Position numbers and translations under genes: made by a program. A stretch of 64,000 bases of DNA from a bacterium. GTDB lineage: Bacteria > Auribacterota > UBA3054. The stretch is from positions 11,839-75,838 of the forward strand of contig JAGCTE010000035.1 of assembly GCA_017963805.1 (NCBI GenBank), written 5' to 3'. The notes beneath the pieces were generated by a model, which did not search any database, was not told the origin of the DNA, and was given only the letters and a program-made list of their open reading frames with translations. Positions 18,573 to 27,804 of this stretch are shown one piece after another (position 1 is the stretch's first letter; every line of letters begins with the position of its first letter).

Positions 18573-19124
18573 TTATTTTACGCGGTTGGGGGTCTTGCTC
18601 TGGCGTTCTTTTTCCCTGGCGTAGTCGTCGTTCAGTTTCAAAACGACGTCGTCGGTCAGGTCTTTCATTTCGGAACGGTCAAGGTACACTATGGCCTTGA
18701 GGTCTATGACAAGGGTGTATTTGTCCTTCTGGCCGATCTCTTCAATGACTCTTTTCAGCTTGTTGGCGATCCTGTTGAGGTCCAATGATCGCTGCTCCCT
18801 AAGGGATTTGTCGGTGTCCTCGGCGAAGCGGCTGGCCCTGGCTATCAGGGCCTGGTACTTGGCTTCCTCCTCCTGGCGCTTGGCTTCGGAAAGGACTTTC
18901 AGCTTGTCGCCGAGGGCGTCTATCTCGCTGGTCATTTTTCTCAGCTCCTCTTCCTTGTCGTCCTGGATGTCGAGCAGCGCGAGGGAGCAGTCCTTGTATT
19001 CCCGGCTGTTGTTCAGGGCCGTTTCGGTGTCGACGTAGGCTATTTTCGGGGCTTTCACGTCGGACGCGAAGGCTCCCGCCGCCAAGGCGAGCGAAAGGAG
19101 CGGCAAAAGCAGTTTAACCGGCAT
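18573..19124 (-). CDS. second OmpH/Skp-family periplasmic chaperone (paralog)
   Basis: Same architecture as the adjacent skp; a tandem paralog. Confidence 0.72.
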   Translation of the reverse strand: MPVKLLLPLLSLALAAGAFASDVKAPKIAYVDTETALNNSREYKDCSLALLDIQDDKEEELRKMTSEIDALGDKLKVLSEAKRQEEEAKYQALIARASRFAEDTDKSLREQRSLDLNRIANKLKRVIEEIGQKDKYTLVIDLKAIVYLDRSEMKDLTDDVVLKLNDDYAREKERQSKTPNRVK

Positions 19125-19248
19125 AGTTCCTTGTTTCTCCGTTTTACATTAATTTGACTTAACTTGTTGATTATACCATAACGGGGAAGAAAGCGTCGAG
19201 GGCCTTGGAGGCGCGGGCTTTTTGGCTTCCCTTTGGCGGGGGAAACGA

Positions 19249-19261
19249 TTTTTGCTATAAT
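19249..19261 (+). promoter_or_regulatory. putative extended -10 element TTTTTGCTATAAT for the membrane-protein operon
   Basis: TGcTATAAT about 28 nt upstream of ATG 19289, in the divergent intergenic region shared with the skp-lpx operon. Confidence 0.35.
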
Positions 19262-19288
19262 CACTATCACTGATTAACTGGAGAAAGT

Positions 19289-20059
19289 ATGGATCACGCG
19301 ACGCTGCCTATCATAATATTCATTCTGCTGTTTTCCGGCTTCATTATCACCATGATAATGCTGACGAAGCGGGGGAAAGAGGTCTTTTTGCGCCCCATCA
19401 ACGGGCTCAAGGTCATAGACGACGCCATCGGAAGAGCCGCCGAAGAGGACAGGCCCATCATGTTCAATCTGGGCTTCGACGACCTCTCGGTCAACCTTTT
19501 CTGCTCCCTGGCCGTCATGGGCTACGTCGTAAGGAAGGCCGCGAAGCTCTCGATGCCGGTCTACGTTCCTTTGGCCCAGCCTTTGGCCTACGCCATGGCT
19601 GAGGAGTTTTGGAAAGACGGATACGCGGCGATGGGCAAGGAAGGCATGTTCGCGGTCGAAGACTGCCTCAGGTACATGTCGTCCAACCAGTCGGCCCTGG
19701 GCGCCGGCATCGCCGGCTGGATCAAAAGGGACCATGTGGGCGCGAACTTCATGTTCGGCACCTACGGCTTCGAATCGATGATGCTGGCGGAAGCGGGCCA
19801 GCAGGCCGGGGCTTTCCAGATCGCCTGCACGCCGAGCTTCTACCAGGTGCCCTTTTTCATGGTCTCCTGCGATTATACGGTCTTCGGCGAGGAGTTCTAC
19901 GCCGCGGGCGCCTACTTCAACCGCGACCCTGTTCTGACGGGAAGCCTTGTGGGCCAGGACTATTCGAAGCTTGTGCTTCTTATCCTCATCGTCTTGGGCA
20001 GCCTGCTTCTGACTATTTTCCAGACGACCGATTACCTGCGTCTTTTGTTACAGTGGTGA
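19289..20059 (+). CDS. hypothetical membrane protein (first gene of a 4-gene operon)
   Basis: N-terminal TM helix (LPIIIFILLFSGFIITMIML), a C-terminal TM helix, and a soluble middle region. No motif recognised. Confidence 0.55.
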   Translation: MDHATLPIIIFILLFSGFIITMIMLTKRGKEVFLRPINGLKVIDDAIGRAAEEDRPIMFNLGFDDLSVNLFCSLAVMGYVVRKAAKLSMPVYVPLAQPLAYAMAEEFWKDGYAAMGKEGMFAVEDCLRYMSSNQSALGAGIAGWIKRDHVGANFMFGTYGFESMMLAEAGQQAGAFQIACTPSFYQVPFFMVSCDYTVFGEEFYAAGAYFNRDPVLTGSLVGQDYSKLVLLILIVLGSLLLTIFQTTDYLRLLLQW

Positions 20060-20065
20060 CAGATT

Positions 20066-21706
20066 ATGAGCAAACGCAATATTCTTAAAATAATCGCTTT
20101 TGTGGTCGGGCTGTACTTCTTTTTGGAGTACATCCTGCCGGAGAAGGTGGGCGGCGACTTCGACTCCTACGAGGTGGGGAGCCCGGTCTGCGTCGAGAAA
20201 GACGGGAAGAAGCTGCAGTTCTACGTTGGCAATTACTACAAAGGCCGCGGGATCATCGGCCGCATGGTCAAGGTTTCCGGCAAATGGAGAAAGGATGCCG
20301 AGCCCTGTTTGCAGCGCTCGCTCTTTCTGAAGTTCGACCAGTACGGACTGACCGACCCGGACGTCGCTTTGTCGCCGGAAGGCTTGACGCTTCTGTACCT
20401 CGGGCAGAACGAAAAGGAGCCGGTGCTTTGCTACGCCGTCAGCTCCGACGACGGCCAGACTTTCAAAAAGAAAGGCCCGGTGGTGCTGTCGACCAACGAC
20501 GTCTTTCAAACTTTCGAGAACGCGCCCAACGGCCTAATACCCGACAGGATCAAGGCTTTCGCCGCCGATTACAAAGGAGGCGTCTGGGACGTTTACCTTT
20601 TCACCATGACTTACCGCGTCTGGCGCGCGACAGGGCCGGATCTCAAGCATTTGAAGTTGGACGGGGAGCCGCTTTCCGCCTCCGCCCTGACGGAAAAATC
20701 CCCCAATTCCTTCGACGTTTTCACGGAGGGAGGATCCCCGGTCCTCGTTTACGTCATGGACAGGGAGATCATAGAGTTCAGGAAGAGCGGTTCCGATTGG
20801 ACGCCTAAAAGCTGGAAGGCGCCTTTAGGCAACGGCACGAACGACACTGTCTACGCGGGCGGCCGTATCGATCCCGGCGACGGCACGCTTTACCTCGGAA
20901 CGAAGAAGATGCAGAAGGCCCGTCCCATCGACTCGCCTTACGAAACGGCGCTCTGCGCCGTCAGCCTGCGCGACAAGGGAAACGGCGAGCCGCTGGCCCC
21001 CGAGATGACGGTCTACAAGAAAGTGGGCGCCTCTCCCAGGCCGACGTACCTTTCCTACGGCACCGAGTGGGCCGGCAAGTTCCTGACGGTCGTAGGCTCG
21101 TTCGCGATCTTCATCGCGATGATAAACCTGATGCTCTTCCACGGAAAAAAGATCTACCAGAGCGCCCTCAATTACAACGCGCCGGTCGGGGAGGAGAAGC
21201 TTCCCGGCGGCGGAGCGCCAATGAGGAACTTTTTGAAGAACGCCGGCTACAGCGCGGTCTTTTTGGTCTTCTTGGCCGTCATGATCGTCTGCGCCCTTAA
21301 GGGCCAGACCGACGAGGCGAAAGGCACGATCTGGAAGACCTCCTTCGACTTTTTGTTCAACGCCATCCAGGCGCCCATGGGCAGCGCGGTCTTCTCGATG
21401 ATCACCTTCTACATGATCAGCGCCGCCTACCGTTCCTTCAAAGTCAGGAGCCTGGAAGCGGGCTTCCTTATGGCGGCCGCCATCGTCTGCATGGTCGGAC
21501 AGATGCCGATCGGCGAACTTTTGGCGTCTTTCGTGCCGGAAGGCTGGAAGCTCCTGCAGCTTCCCTGGCTGTCCGGAAAGCTCCTTAGCGTGCTGAACGC
21601 CGCGGCCTACAGGGCGGTGCTTATCGGCACTCTGATTGGCAGCGTGGCGATATCTTTGCGAATCTGGCTCGGACTCGATAACAGCGTATATTCGTCGGTG
21701 GATTGA
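20066..21706 (+). CDS. hypothetical polytopic membrane protein with a periplasmic domain carrying a BNR-like motif
   Basis: N-terminal TM helix, a ~330-aa extracytoplasmic domain containing SSDDGQTF (BNR/Asp-box-like), then about 5 C-terminal TM helices. Confidence 0.55.
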   Translation: MSKRNILKIIAFVVGLYFFLEYILPEKVGGDFDSYEVGSPVCVEKDGKKLQFYVGNYYKGRGIIGRMVKVSGKWRKDAEPCLQRSLFLKFDQYGLTDPDVALSPEGLTLLYLGQNEKEPVLCYAVSSDDGQTFKKKGPVVLSTNDVFQTFENAPNGLIPDRIKAFAADYKGGVWDVYLFTMTYRVWRATGPDLKHLKLDGEPLSASALTEKSPNSFDVFTEGGSPVLVYVMDREIIEFRKSGSDWTPKSWKAPLGNGTNDTVYAGGRIDPGDGTLYLGTKKMQKARPIDSPYETALCAVSLRDKGNGEPLAPEMTVYKKVGASPRPTYLSYGTEWAGKFLTVVGSFAIFIAMINLMLFHGKKIYQSALNYNAPVGEEKLPGGGAPMRNFLKNAGYSAVFLVFLAVMIVCALKGQTDEAKGTIWKTSFDFLFNAIQAPMGSAVFSMITFYMISAAYRSFKVRSLEAGFLMAAAIVCMVGQMPIGELLASFVPEGWKLLQLPWLSGKLLSVLNAAAYRAVLIGTLIGSVAISLRIWLGLDNSVYSSVD

Positions 21707-22590
21707 TTATGGCTGAAGAAAACAAGAAACGCTCGATTTGGGACAGGATCCAGTTCTGCGATCCGAGAATTCTCTACGCGCTCTTCGCGGTGGTGGTCAT
21801 AGGCTTCGAGATGATCCAGATCAAGATGCCCGTGCCGAACCCCGTCTGGGTGGGAAAGCTCTACGATAGGATAGAGAATCTTCCGCCCGACAAGGCGGTC
21901 CTTATCGACTGCGACTACGGCGCCGGCAACCGCGGCGAATGCGAAGGCCAGTTCAAGGCTGTCATCCAGCACCTCTTCGCCCGCAACATAAAATTCATGG
22001 TCGTGACCTGGACGACGAACGTGGAAGGCCAGAAGCTCGGCCGCCAGGTGCTTGACGAGGTCGCCAAGAAGATGAACAAGGTGGACGGCGAGGATTACGT
22101 TATGTTCCAGGCAATCGTCAACGCCGGGGGCGTGACGCTGCAAAGTTTGGCCAAAGACATCCACGGCTTCGTCGTCAAGGACATCAACGGGCGCGATCTT
22201 GGCGACATCCCGATGATGAAGAATTTCCGCTCCATCGCGGACGTGTCGCTCATTTACCGCGTGGCCTACTCCTGGGGCGGCGTCCCCTGGATCGGCTTCG
22301 TGCAGTCCGTCTACGGCACGCCTTTGGCGGCCGGGTCCGCCGGCATCGAAAGCTCGACGGCTTACCCGTACCTGGATTCCGGGCAGCTTTGCGGGCTCTT
22401 GGCCGGTGCGGCCGGCGCCGCGGCTTATGAGAAGCGCGTGATGGAAGCCGGGATCGTGGCGGAGACGGGCATCGGCACCAAGACCGTGAGCGTCCAGTCG
22501 TTCGCGACGCTCTTTGTGGTCGTATCGATTCTTATCAGCAATTTCGCCATGTTCATGTCCAAGTGGCAGGCGCGCAAAGGCAGGGCTTAA
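21703..22590 (+). CDS. hypothetical membrane-anchored protein
   Basis: Start overlaps the upstream stop by 4 nt. One N-terminal TM helix, one C-terminal TM helix, and a Gly/Ala-rich segment. Confidence 0.5.
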   Translation: MIMAEENKKRSIWDRIQFCDPRILYALFAVVVIGFEMIQIKMPVPNPVWVGKLYDRIENLPPDKAVLIDCDYGAGNRGECEGQFKAVIQHLFARNIKFMVVTWTTNVEGQKLGRQVLDEVAKKMNKVDGEDYVMFQAIVNAGGVTLQSLAKDIHGFVVKDINGRDLGDIPMMKNFRSIADVSLIYRVAYSWGGVPWIGFVQSVYGTPLAAGSAGIESSTAYPYLDSGQLCGLLAGAAGAAAYEKRVMEAGIVAETGIGTKTVSVQSFATLFVVVSILISNFAMFMSKWQARKGRA

Positions 22591-22602
22591 GGAGGGCTGA
22601 CC

Positions 22603-23439
22603 ATGCAAAAATTCACAGGCAAAGTTTTCTGGATGATCCTTGGCGCGCTGGTTCTCGCCTTGGCGATCTTCGGCGAATTCAGATCGGGGAGCATGCCTTC
22701 CGTCGCCGCAAGGGTGAAAGACCTCGACCTTCCGAGCTTGGGCGTTTACCGCCTGCAGACCTGGGTCGCGGCGCTCTCCTGCATCGCCGTCTACAGCTTC
22801 CTCTTCAAGGAGAATCCTTTCTACCGCTTCTTCGAGCACGCGCTATTAGGCTGCGCCACAGGGTACAGCTGCGCCGTGGTCATGCGCCAGAATCTCTACA
22901 GCCAGTGGCTCGTCCCGATCAAGAAATCGGTCATGAACGTCATGGCTAACGGCTATACGCCGGAGGACGCGGCGACCATCGCCCTTATCTTCGCGGGCGT
23001 CATCGGGCTTCTGTGGTACTTCCAGTACAGCAAAAAATATTTCTGGGTCAGCCGCATCGCCATGTGCATTTCCCTGGGCGCCGGCGCGGGGCTCGCTTTC
23101 AAGGACACTTTCAACCAGCTGATCCCGCAGATCACCGGCACCTTCAAGAACGTCTGCCCCACGGAATACGTCATGCCGGGCGCCAGCCTCCTCGACCGTT
23201 TCTACATGGGCTGCGAGAACGCCATTTTCGTAATAGGCACCGTTTCCGTCCTGATGTACTTCTTCTTCGCCTTCGGCAACAAGAACCCGATCGTGAAGAG
23301 CAGTTCGAAGATTGGCCGCTGGTACCTTATGATCGCCCTGGGCGCCTTCTTCGGCAACACCTTCATGTCAAGGCTTTCCGCCCTAATAGAGCGCGTCCAC
23401 TTCCTGATGGCCGAGTGGTTGCTAATAAGTCAGATGTAG
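22603..23439 (+). CDS. hypothetical polytopic membrane protein
   Basis: About 7 predicted hydrophobic helices; last gene of the operon. Confidence 0.5.
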   Translation: MQKFTGKVFWMILGALVLALAIFGEFRSGSMPSVAARVKDLDLPSLGVYRLQTWVAALSCIAVYSFLFKENPFYRFFEHALLGCATGYSCAVVMRQNLYSQWLVPIKKSVMNVMANGYTPEDAATIALIFAGVIGLLWYFQYSKKYFWVSRIAMCISLGAGAGLAFKDTFNQLIPQITGTFKNVCPTEYVMPGASLLDRFYMGCENAIFVIGTVSVLMYFFFAFGNKNPIVKSSSKIGRWYLMIALGAFFGNTFMSRLSALIERVHFLMAEWLLISQM

Positions 23440-23499
23440 CCGCCGTTTGAGTATTTTTTTGACTTTTGTTATTATGTAAGGGCTATGGAGGAGTAGAGC

Positions 23500-23988
23500 A
23501 TGATCGGACACAGCAACAACAGAATAGAGGCGGCTGTCGCCAACGGCACTGCTTACATAAAGATATTCGGGCGCGGGACGTTCCAGACCGTTGCTGATTT
23601 CCGTGATTTTGTCAAAAGGAGCCTCGACGACGGCCTGGCCGTCTTCATCGACCTTTCCAACTGCGAGACGCTCGACTCCACCTTCATAGGGACGCTGGTC
23701 GCGCTTTGCATGAAGTCGAAAAAGGAAGGCGAATGCATGCTGAAGCTTTTCAACGTCTCCGACCATGTCAAGAATATTTTCGCGACCCTCGGCTTGCAGG
23801 GCATCCTTGACGTCAGGGACGCCGTTCCCTCGGAGGGAGGCGACTTTTCGCCCATAGACTGCACGGCTCATGACAAGGTCGAGATCACAGACCTTATGCT
23901 GGACGCGCACCTCACCCTTTCAAGAATAAACGAGCGCAACGCTGTGGAATTCAAAGACGTGGTCGAATTCCTCAAGCAGCAGCGTTGA
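23500..23988 (+). CDS. STAS-domain protein (anti-sigma-factor antagonist-like)
   Basis: The conserved phosphorylatable serine context DLSNCETLDSTFIGTLV matches SpoIIAA/RsbV-type STAS. Confidence 0.72.
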   Translation: MIGHSNNRIEAAVANGTAYIKIFGRGTFQTVADFRDFVKRSLDDGLAVFIDLSNCETLDSTFIGTLVALCMKSKKEGECMLKLFNVSDHVKNIFATLGLQGILDVRDAVPSEGGDFSPIDCTAHDKVEITDLMLDAHLTLSRINERNAVEFKDVVEFLKQQR

Positions 23989-24009
23989 GACGTTCATAGG
24001 GCTTTCGCG

Positions 24010-25467
24010 ATGAATATTCTTCCGATTGCCGTTTCCCTGCTGCTGGCCTTCCTTTTCGTTCTCGCCCTTGTGAAGGCGGCCCGCTCCAAAAGGCTCGCGA
24101 GAAAAGCCGAAAAACACGCCGCGCGCGTAAAGGAGGCGGAGGAGAGTCTGGTCAGCCTTTTCGGCCACGTTTCCCAGACGGTCAGGACTTACTACGAGGA
24201 CAGGAACGTCAATAGCGGAGAGCTCAGGGCCGCCTTGGTAAGCCACTTCACCACGTCCGCCCAAAAGAGCTTCACGAGCGGCTGCGCCGCCTATTTCGCC
24301 TACGACGGGGAGCAGGGGACGCTGAAGCTTTCCGAGTGCTCCGGCATTTTCCCCAGCTGCCTGGACATCAGCGAAGAGAAGCTTAAGCTCGTGGCCGGCA
24401 ACGACGCCAAGCTTTTGGAATATTTGAAGAGCACTTCCTTCCCGCTGCACCTTACGCCTTTCGCCGCGGCCGTCGACCAGAAGCGCGTGGTGGTCTTGGG
24501 GAAGAACGAGTGCGAAGAGAAGGTGCGCTACAAGGTTTACGCCCTTTGGGGCATGCTTGTGGTTCCCGTCCGCTCCCAGGGCGCCGTCACGGGCGTTCTG
24601 GTAATCGCGAACAAATCCCACAAAGACCAGTATGACAGCGAGGATGTGGAGCTGGCCCGCGGCATGTCCGAAATCGTCAGCTGGACGCTCAACTACCTCG
24701 CCATGATCGAAGGCGTAAGGGAGAAGGCCAGCGTGGACAGTCAATTGGAGACCGCCGCCAGCATCCAGAACCACCTTCTGCCGAAATCGAGGGCGCAGAT
24801 GGGGATCGTGGAGGCGGAGGCCTTCTACAAGACGGCTTACCGCGTGGGCGGGGATTACTTCGACTTCATCGAGGTGGACGAGGATCACCTTGGCATTCTG
24901 GTGGCGGACGTTTCCGGCAAAGGCATCCCGGCCGGGCTTGTCATGGCGTCCACCAGGGCTCTGATGTCCGCGCTCTCCAAGAACGTTCTCTCGCCCTCCA
25001 AACTTCTGACCGATCTGAACACGCACCTCATCCAGCTGATCCCGGAGGAAATGTTCGTCACGGCGAGCTACGCCGTGATAAACACAAAAACCGGCGAGAT
25101 GCTCTGCGCCGAGGCCGGGCACGAGCCGTTTTTGGCGGCTCTGGGAGGCCAGCCCGTCAGAGTGTGCGAAAACAGGGGAATGGTGCTCTCCATACTTGAC
25201 AGCGAGATCTTCGGGCCGTCCCTAAAGGACAACTCTTACCAGCTGCAGAAAGGCGACATGGTGCTTTTCTACACGGACGGCGCCGTGGAAGCCTTGAATC
25301 GCAGGAAAGAGGAGTTCACGCGCGAAAGATTGTCCGTGGCCTTGGAGAACGCCAGGAATCTTTCCCCTTACGAAGCGCTTCTCGCGATCCAGGGGCGTTT
25401 GGCGAAATTCACGGAGGGCGAACCGCCTTACGACGACATCACTCTCGTGGCCGTCAAGATCAATTAG
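24010..25467 (+). CDS. PP2C-type serine phosphatase (RsbU/SpoIIE family) with N-terminal TM helix and GAF-like sensor domain
   Basis: N-terminal TM helix. The central region looks GAF-like. The C-terminal SpoIIE/PP2C motifs are GGDYFDF, ILVADVSGKGIPAGL and FYTDGAVEA. Confidence 0.85.
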   Translation: MNILPIAVSLLLAFLFVLALVKAARSKRLARKAEKHAARVKEAEESLVSLFGHVSQTVRTYYEDRNVNSGELRAALVSHFTTSAQKSFTSGCAAYFAYDGEQGTLKLSECSGIFPSCLDISEEKLKLVAGNDAKLLEYLKSTSFPLHLTPFAAAVDQKRVVVLGKNECEEKVRYKVYALWGMLVVPVRSQGAVTGVLVIANKSHKDQYDSEDVELARGMSEIVSWTLNYLAMIEGVREKASVDSQLETAASIQNHLLPKSRAQMGIVEAEAFYKTAYRVGGDYFDFIEVDEDHLGILVADVSGKGIPAGLVMASTRALMSALSKNVLSPSKLLTDLNTHLIQLIPEEMFVTASYAVINTKTGEMLCAEAGHEPFLAALGGQPVRVCENRGMVLSILDSEIFGPSLKDNSYQLQKGDMVLFYTDGAVEALNRRKEEFTRERLSVALENARNLSPYEALLAIQGRLAKFTEGEPPYDDITLVAVKIN

Positions 25468-27044
25468 CCCGGACTCTCTTCCTTGAAGCCCTTGAACTGA
25501 AGCGCCTCCAAGATCTGGCGCTCCTCTATTTTTTCGATATTGCCGAGGTCTGCTATCGTTCTTGCCACCCTCAGTATCCTCGTGTAAGTCCTTGCCGACA
25601 GGGCGAGCTTTGTCACGGCGAACCTAAGGGCGGTCTCCGCTTCCTTTGTGAGAGGGCAGAATTTCTGCGCGGCGGCGCTGTTGAGCTGCGCGTTGTTTCT
25701 AAGCCTTGTCTTTTTGTAGCGCTCGAGCTGGATGCTCCTCGCCCTCATGCAGCGCTCCCTTATGCTTTTCGAGCTTTCCGGCGCCTCTTTGCCCGTCAGC
25801 TCCTCATAGGGGACGAAAGGCATCTCGACGTGCATGTCGATGCGGTCCATAAGAGGCCCGGAGACGCGGGCGCGGTAGCTTTCCACGGCGCGGCGGGGGC
25901 AAGTGCATTTCTTGACAGGATGCCCGAGGTACCCGCAGGGGCAGGGGTTCATGGCGGCCACCAGCATAAAGCAGGCCGGGAAGGTCACCGAGCCGGCTAC
26001 TCTCACGATGTTTACGAAACCGTCTTCCAAGGGCTGGCGCAGGGCTTCCAGCACGTTCTTGGCGAACTCCGGGAACTCGTCCAGGAAGAGGACGCCGTTG
26101 TGGGCCAGAGAGACTTCGCCGGGCTCGATCTGAAGCCCGCCGCCGATAAGGCCGGAGAGGGAGACGGAGTGGTGGGGAGACCTGAAGGGACGCCGGATCA
26201 TTTGCCTGATATCCTTGGGGACCAGGCCTTTCGCCGAATAGATCTGCATGCTCTCTATTAGCTCCTCTTCCGAAAGGGGAGGCAGGATGGTCGGCAGCCT
26301 TCTGGCCAGGAGCGTTTTCCCGGAGCCCGGCGGCCCGAAAAGCAAAAGATTGTGGCCGCCGGCGGAGGCGATCTCGGCCGCTCTTCTGGCGGCGAGCTGG
26401 CCTTTGACCTCGGAAAAATCGCAGTCGTAATCGCAGGCCGCGGCTTCCAGGAGATTGCGGTCGAACGCGACGGAAGGGCTTTTCGCCGGCGCAAGGTAAG
26501 CCGCTAGCGCCTCCATGAAATTCCCGGCCGGGATGACGACGAGGTCTTTCACCAGCGAGGCTTCCCTAGAATTGCTTTTGGGGACTATGAGATAGCGGAA
26601 GCCCAGCTTTTTGGCGGCCACCGCGCAGCTGATGACGTTTCTGACGGCGCGCAGGTTTCCGTCCAGCGAGAGTTCGCCTATCGCGGCGATCTTGCTTTCC
26701 GCCGAAGCGGGGTCGAGGTCTTTCTGGTGCCCGGACCAGGCGGCAAGGCAGAGCGCGATGGGAAGGTCGAAAGCCGGCCCGTGCTTTTTAAGGTCCGCGG
26801 GCGCCAGGCTTATGATGATCTCGCCCTTGGGGTAGCGCAATCCTGCGTGCAGCATGGCGCTGCGGACCCTTTCCTTGCTTTCCCTTACGGCGGTGTCGGG
26901 AAGGCCTATGATGGAGGTCGACTGCTTGTCATCCTCCAATTCCAGCCCGTAGTCCGCGTTTTTCCCGTCGAAAACGTTGACTTCGATGGTGACCAGCCGG
27001 GCCTGGGAGCCGTAGGAGGCGAAAGAATAAGCTTTGGTTAACAT
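25464..27044 (-). CDS. comM: YifB/ComM family Mg-chelatase-like AAA+ ATPase
   Basis: Walker A LLLFGPPGSGKTLLARRL, Mg-chelatase-type sensor motifs, and the C-terminal ChlI-like domain. Confidence 0.9.
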   Translation of the reverse strand: MLTKAYSFASYGSQARLVTIEVNVFDGKNADYGLELEDDKQSTSIIGLPDTAVRESKERVRSAMLHAGLRYPKGEIIISLAPADLKKHGPAFDLPIALCLAAWSGHQKDLDPASAESKIAAIGELSLDGNLRAVRNVISCAVAAKKLGFRYLIVPKSNSREASLVKDLVVIPAGNFMEALAAYLAPAKSPSVAFDRNLLEAAACDYDCDFSEVKGQLAARRAAEIASAGGHNLLLFGPPGSGKTLLARRLPTILPPLSEEELIESMQIYSAKGLVPKDIRQMIRRPFRSPHHSVSLSGLIGGGLQIEPGEVSLAHNGVLFLDEFPEFAKNVLEALRQPLEDGFVNIVRVAGSVTFPACFMLVAAMNPCPCGYLGHPVKKCTCPRRAVESYRARVSGPLMDRIDMHVEMPFVPYEELTGKEAPESSKSIRERCMRARSIQLERYKKTRLRNNAQLNSAAAQKFCPLTKEAETALRFAVTKLALSARTYTRILRVARTIADLGNIEKIEERQILEALQFKGFKEESPG

Positions 27045-27155
27045 GTCTCTTTTGTTTTTGGTTGGGGGCAGGCTAGGATAATTTTAAAATTTGAAGGGCC
27101 GGAAGGGAAGGATTTTATGAAACGCTAGCGATCGTGATGGAAACAGGGCGAAGCG

Positions 27156-27184
27156 TTGACACAACCGGCGTTAAATAGTAAAAT
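27156..27184 (+). promoter_or_regulatory. sigma70-like promoter for frr (TTGACA-17-TAAAAT)
   Basis: ttgaca at 27156-27161, a 17-nt spacer, taaaat at 27179-27184, then an RBS aaggag about 35 nt downstream. Confidence 0.5.
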
Positions 27185-27223
27185 TTAATAATAATGTAAA
27201 CCTATACCCTTTAAGGAGTGTCT

Positions 27224-27784
27224 ATGCCTTACAAAGCACAGATCAAAGAGCTGCAGACAAGCATGCAGAAAGCCTTGGACCATTTGACCTACCAGTTCAA
27301 GGAGATCAGGACCGGCAAAGCTTCGCCGGGCCTCGTCGAGGACATCAAGGCCGAATATTACGGCGCCATGACGCCCATCAAAAGTTTGGCCAACATCACT
27401 GTCCCCGAGCCCAGGACGCTCAAGATCGAGCCTTTCGACGTCAACAGCGTCCAGGCCATCTGCCGCGCCATCCAAGCCTCGCCCATCGGGATCACGCCCG
27501 TTGACGACGGCCGCGTGATAAGGCTGCCCATGCCGGAATTGACCGAGGAGCGCCGCCGCGATCTCACCAAGCTGACGAAAAAGTACAGCGAGGAGACGAA
27601 AGTAAACCTGCGCAACCTGCGCCGCGACACCATAGAGAAGCTCAAAAAGATGGAAAAGGACAAAGTCCTGACGGAAGACCAGCGCAAGCAGGGCGAGAAG
27701 AGCGTGCAGACGGAAACCGATAACTTCAGCAAGAAAGTCGATGATCTCGTCAAGGCCAAAGACAACGAGATCATGACGCTGTAA
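27224..27784 (+). CDS. frr: ribosome recycling factor
   Basis: Full-length RRF similarity, 186 aa. ATG 27224 has ideal RBS spacing; the ORF track starts two codons earlier at a GTG. Confidence 0.93.
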   Translation: MPYKAQIKELQTSMQKALDHLTYQFKEIRTGKASPGLVEDIKAEYYGAMTPIKSLANITVPEPRTLKIEPFDVNSVQAICRAIQASPIGITPVDDGRVIRLPMPELTEERRRDLTKLTKKYSEETKVNLRNLRRDTIEKLKKMEKDKVLTEDQRKQGEKSVQTETDNFSKKVDDLVKAKDNEIMTL

Positions 27785-27804
27785 AAAAATAAGGAGTAAA
27801 AATC

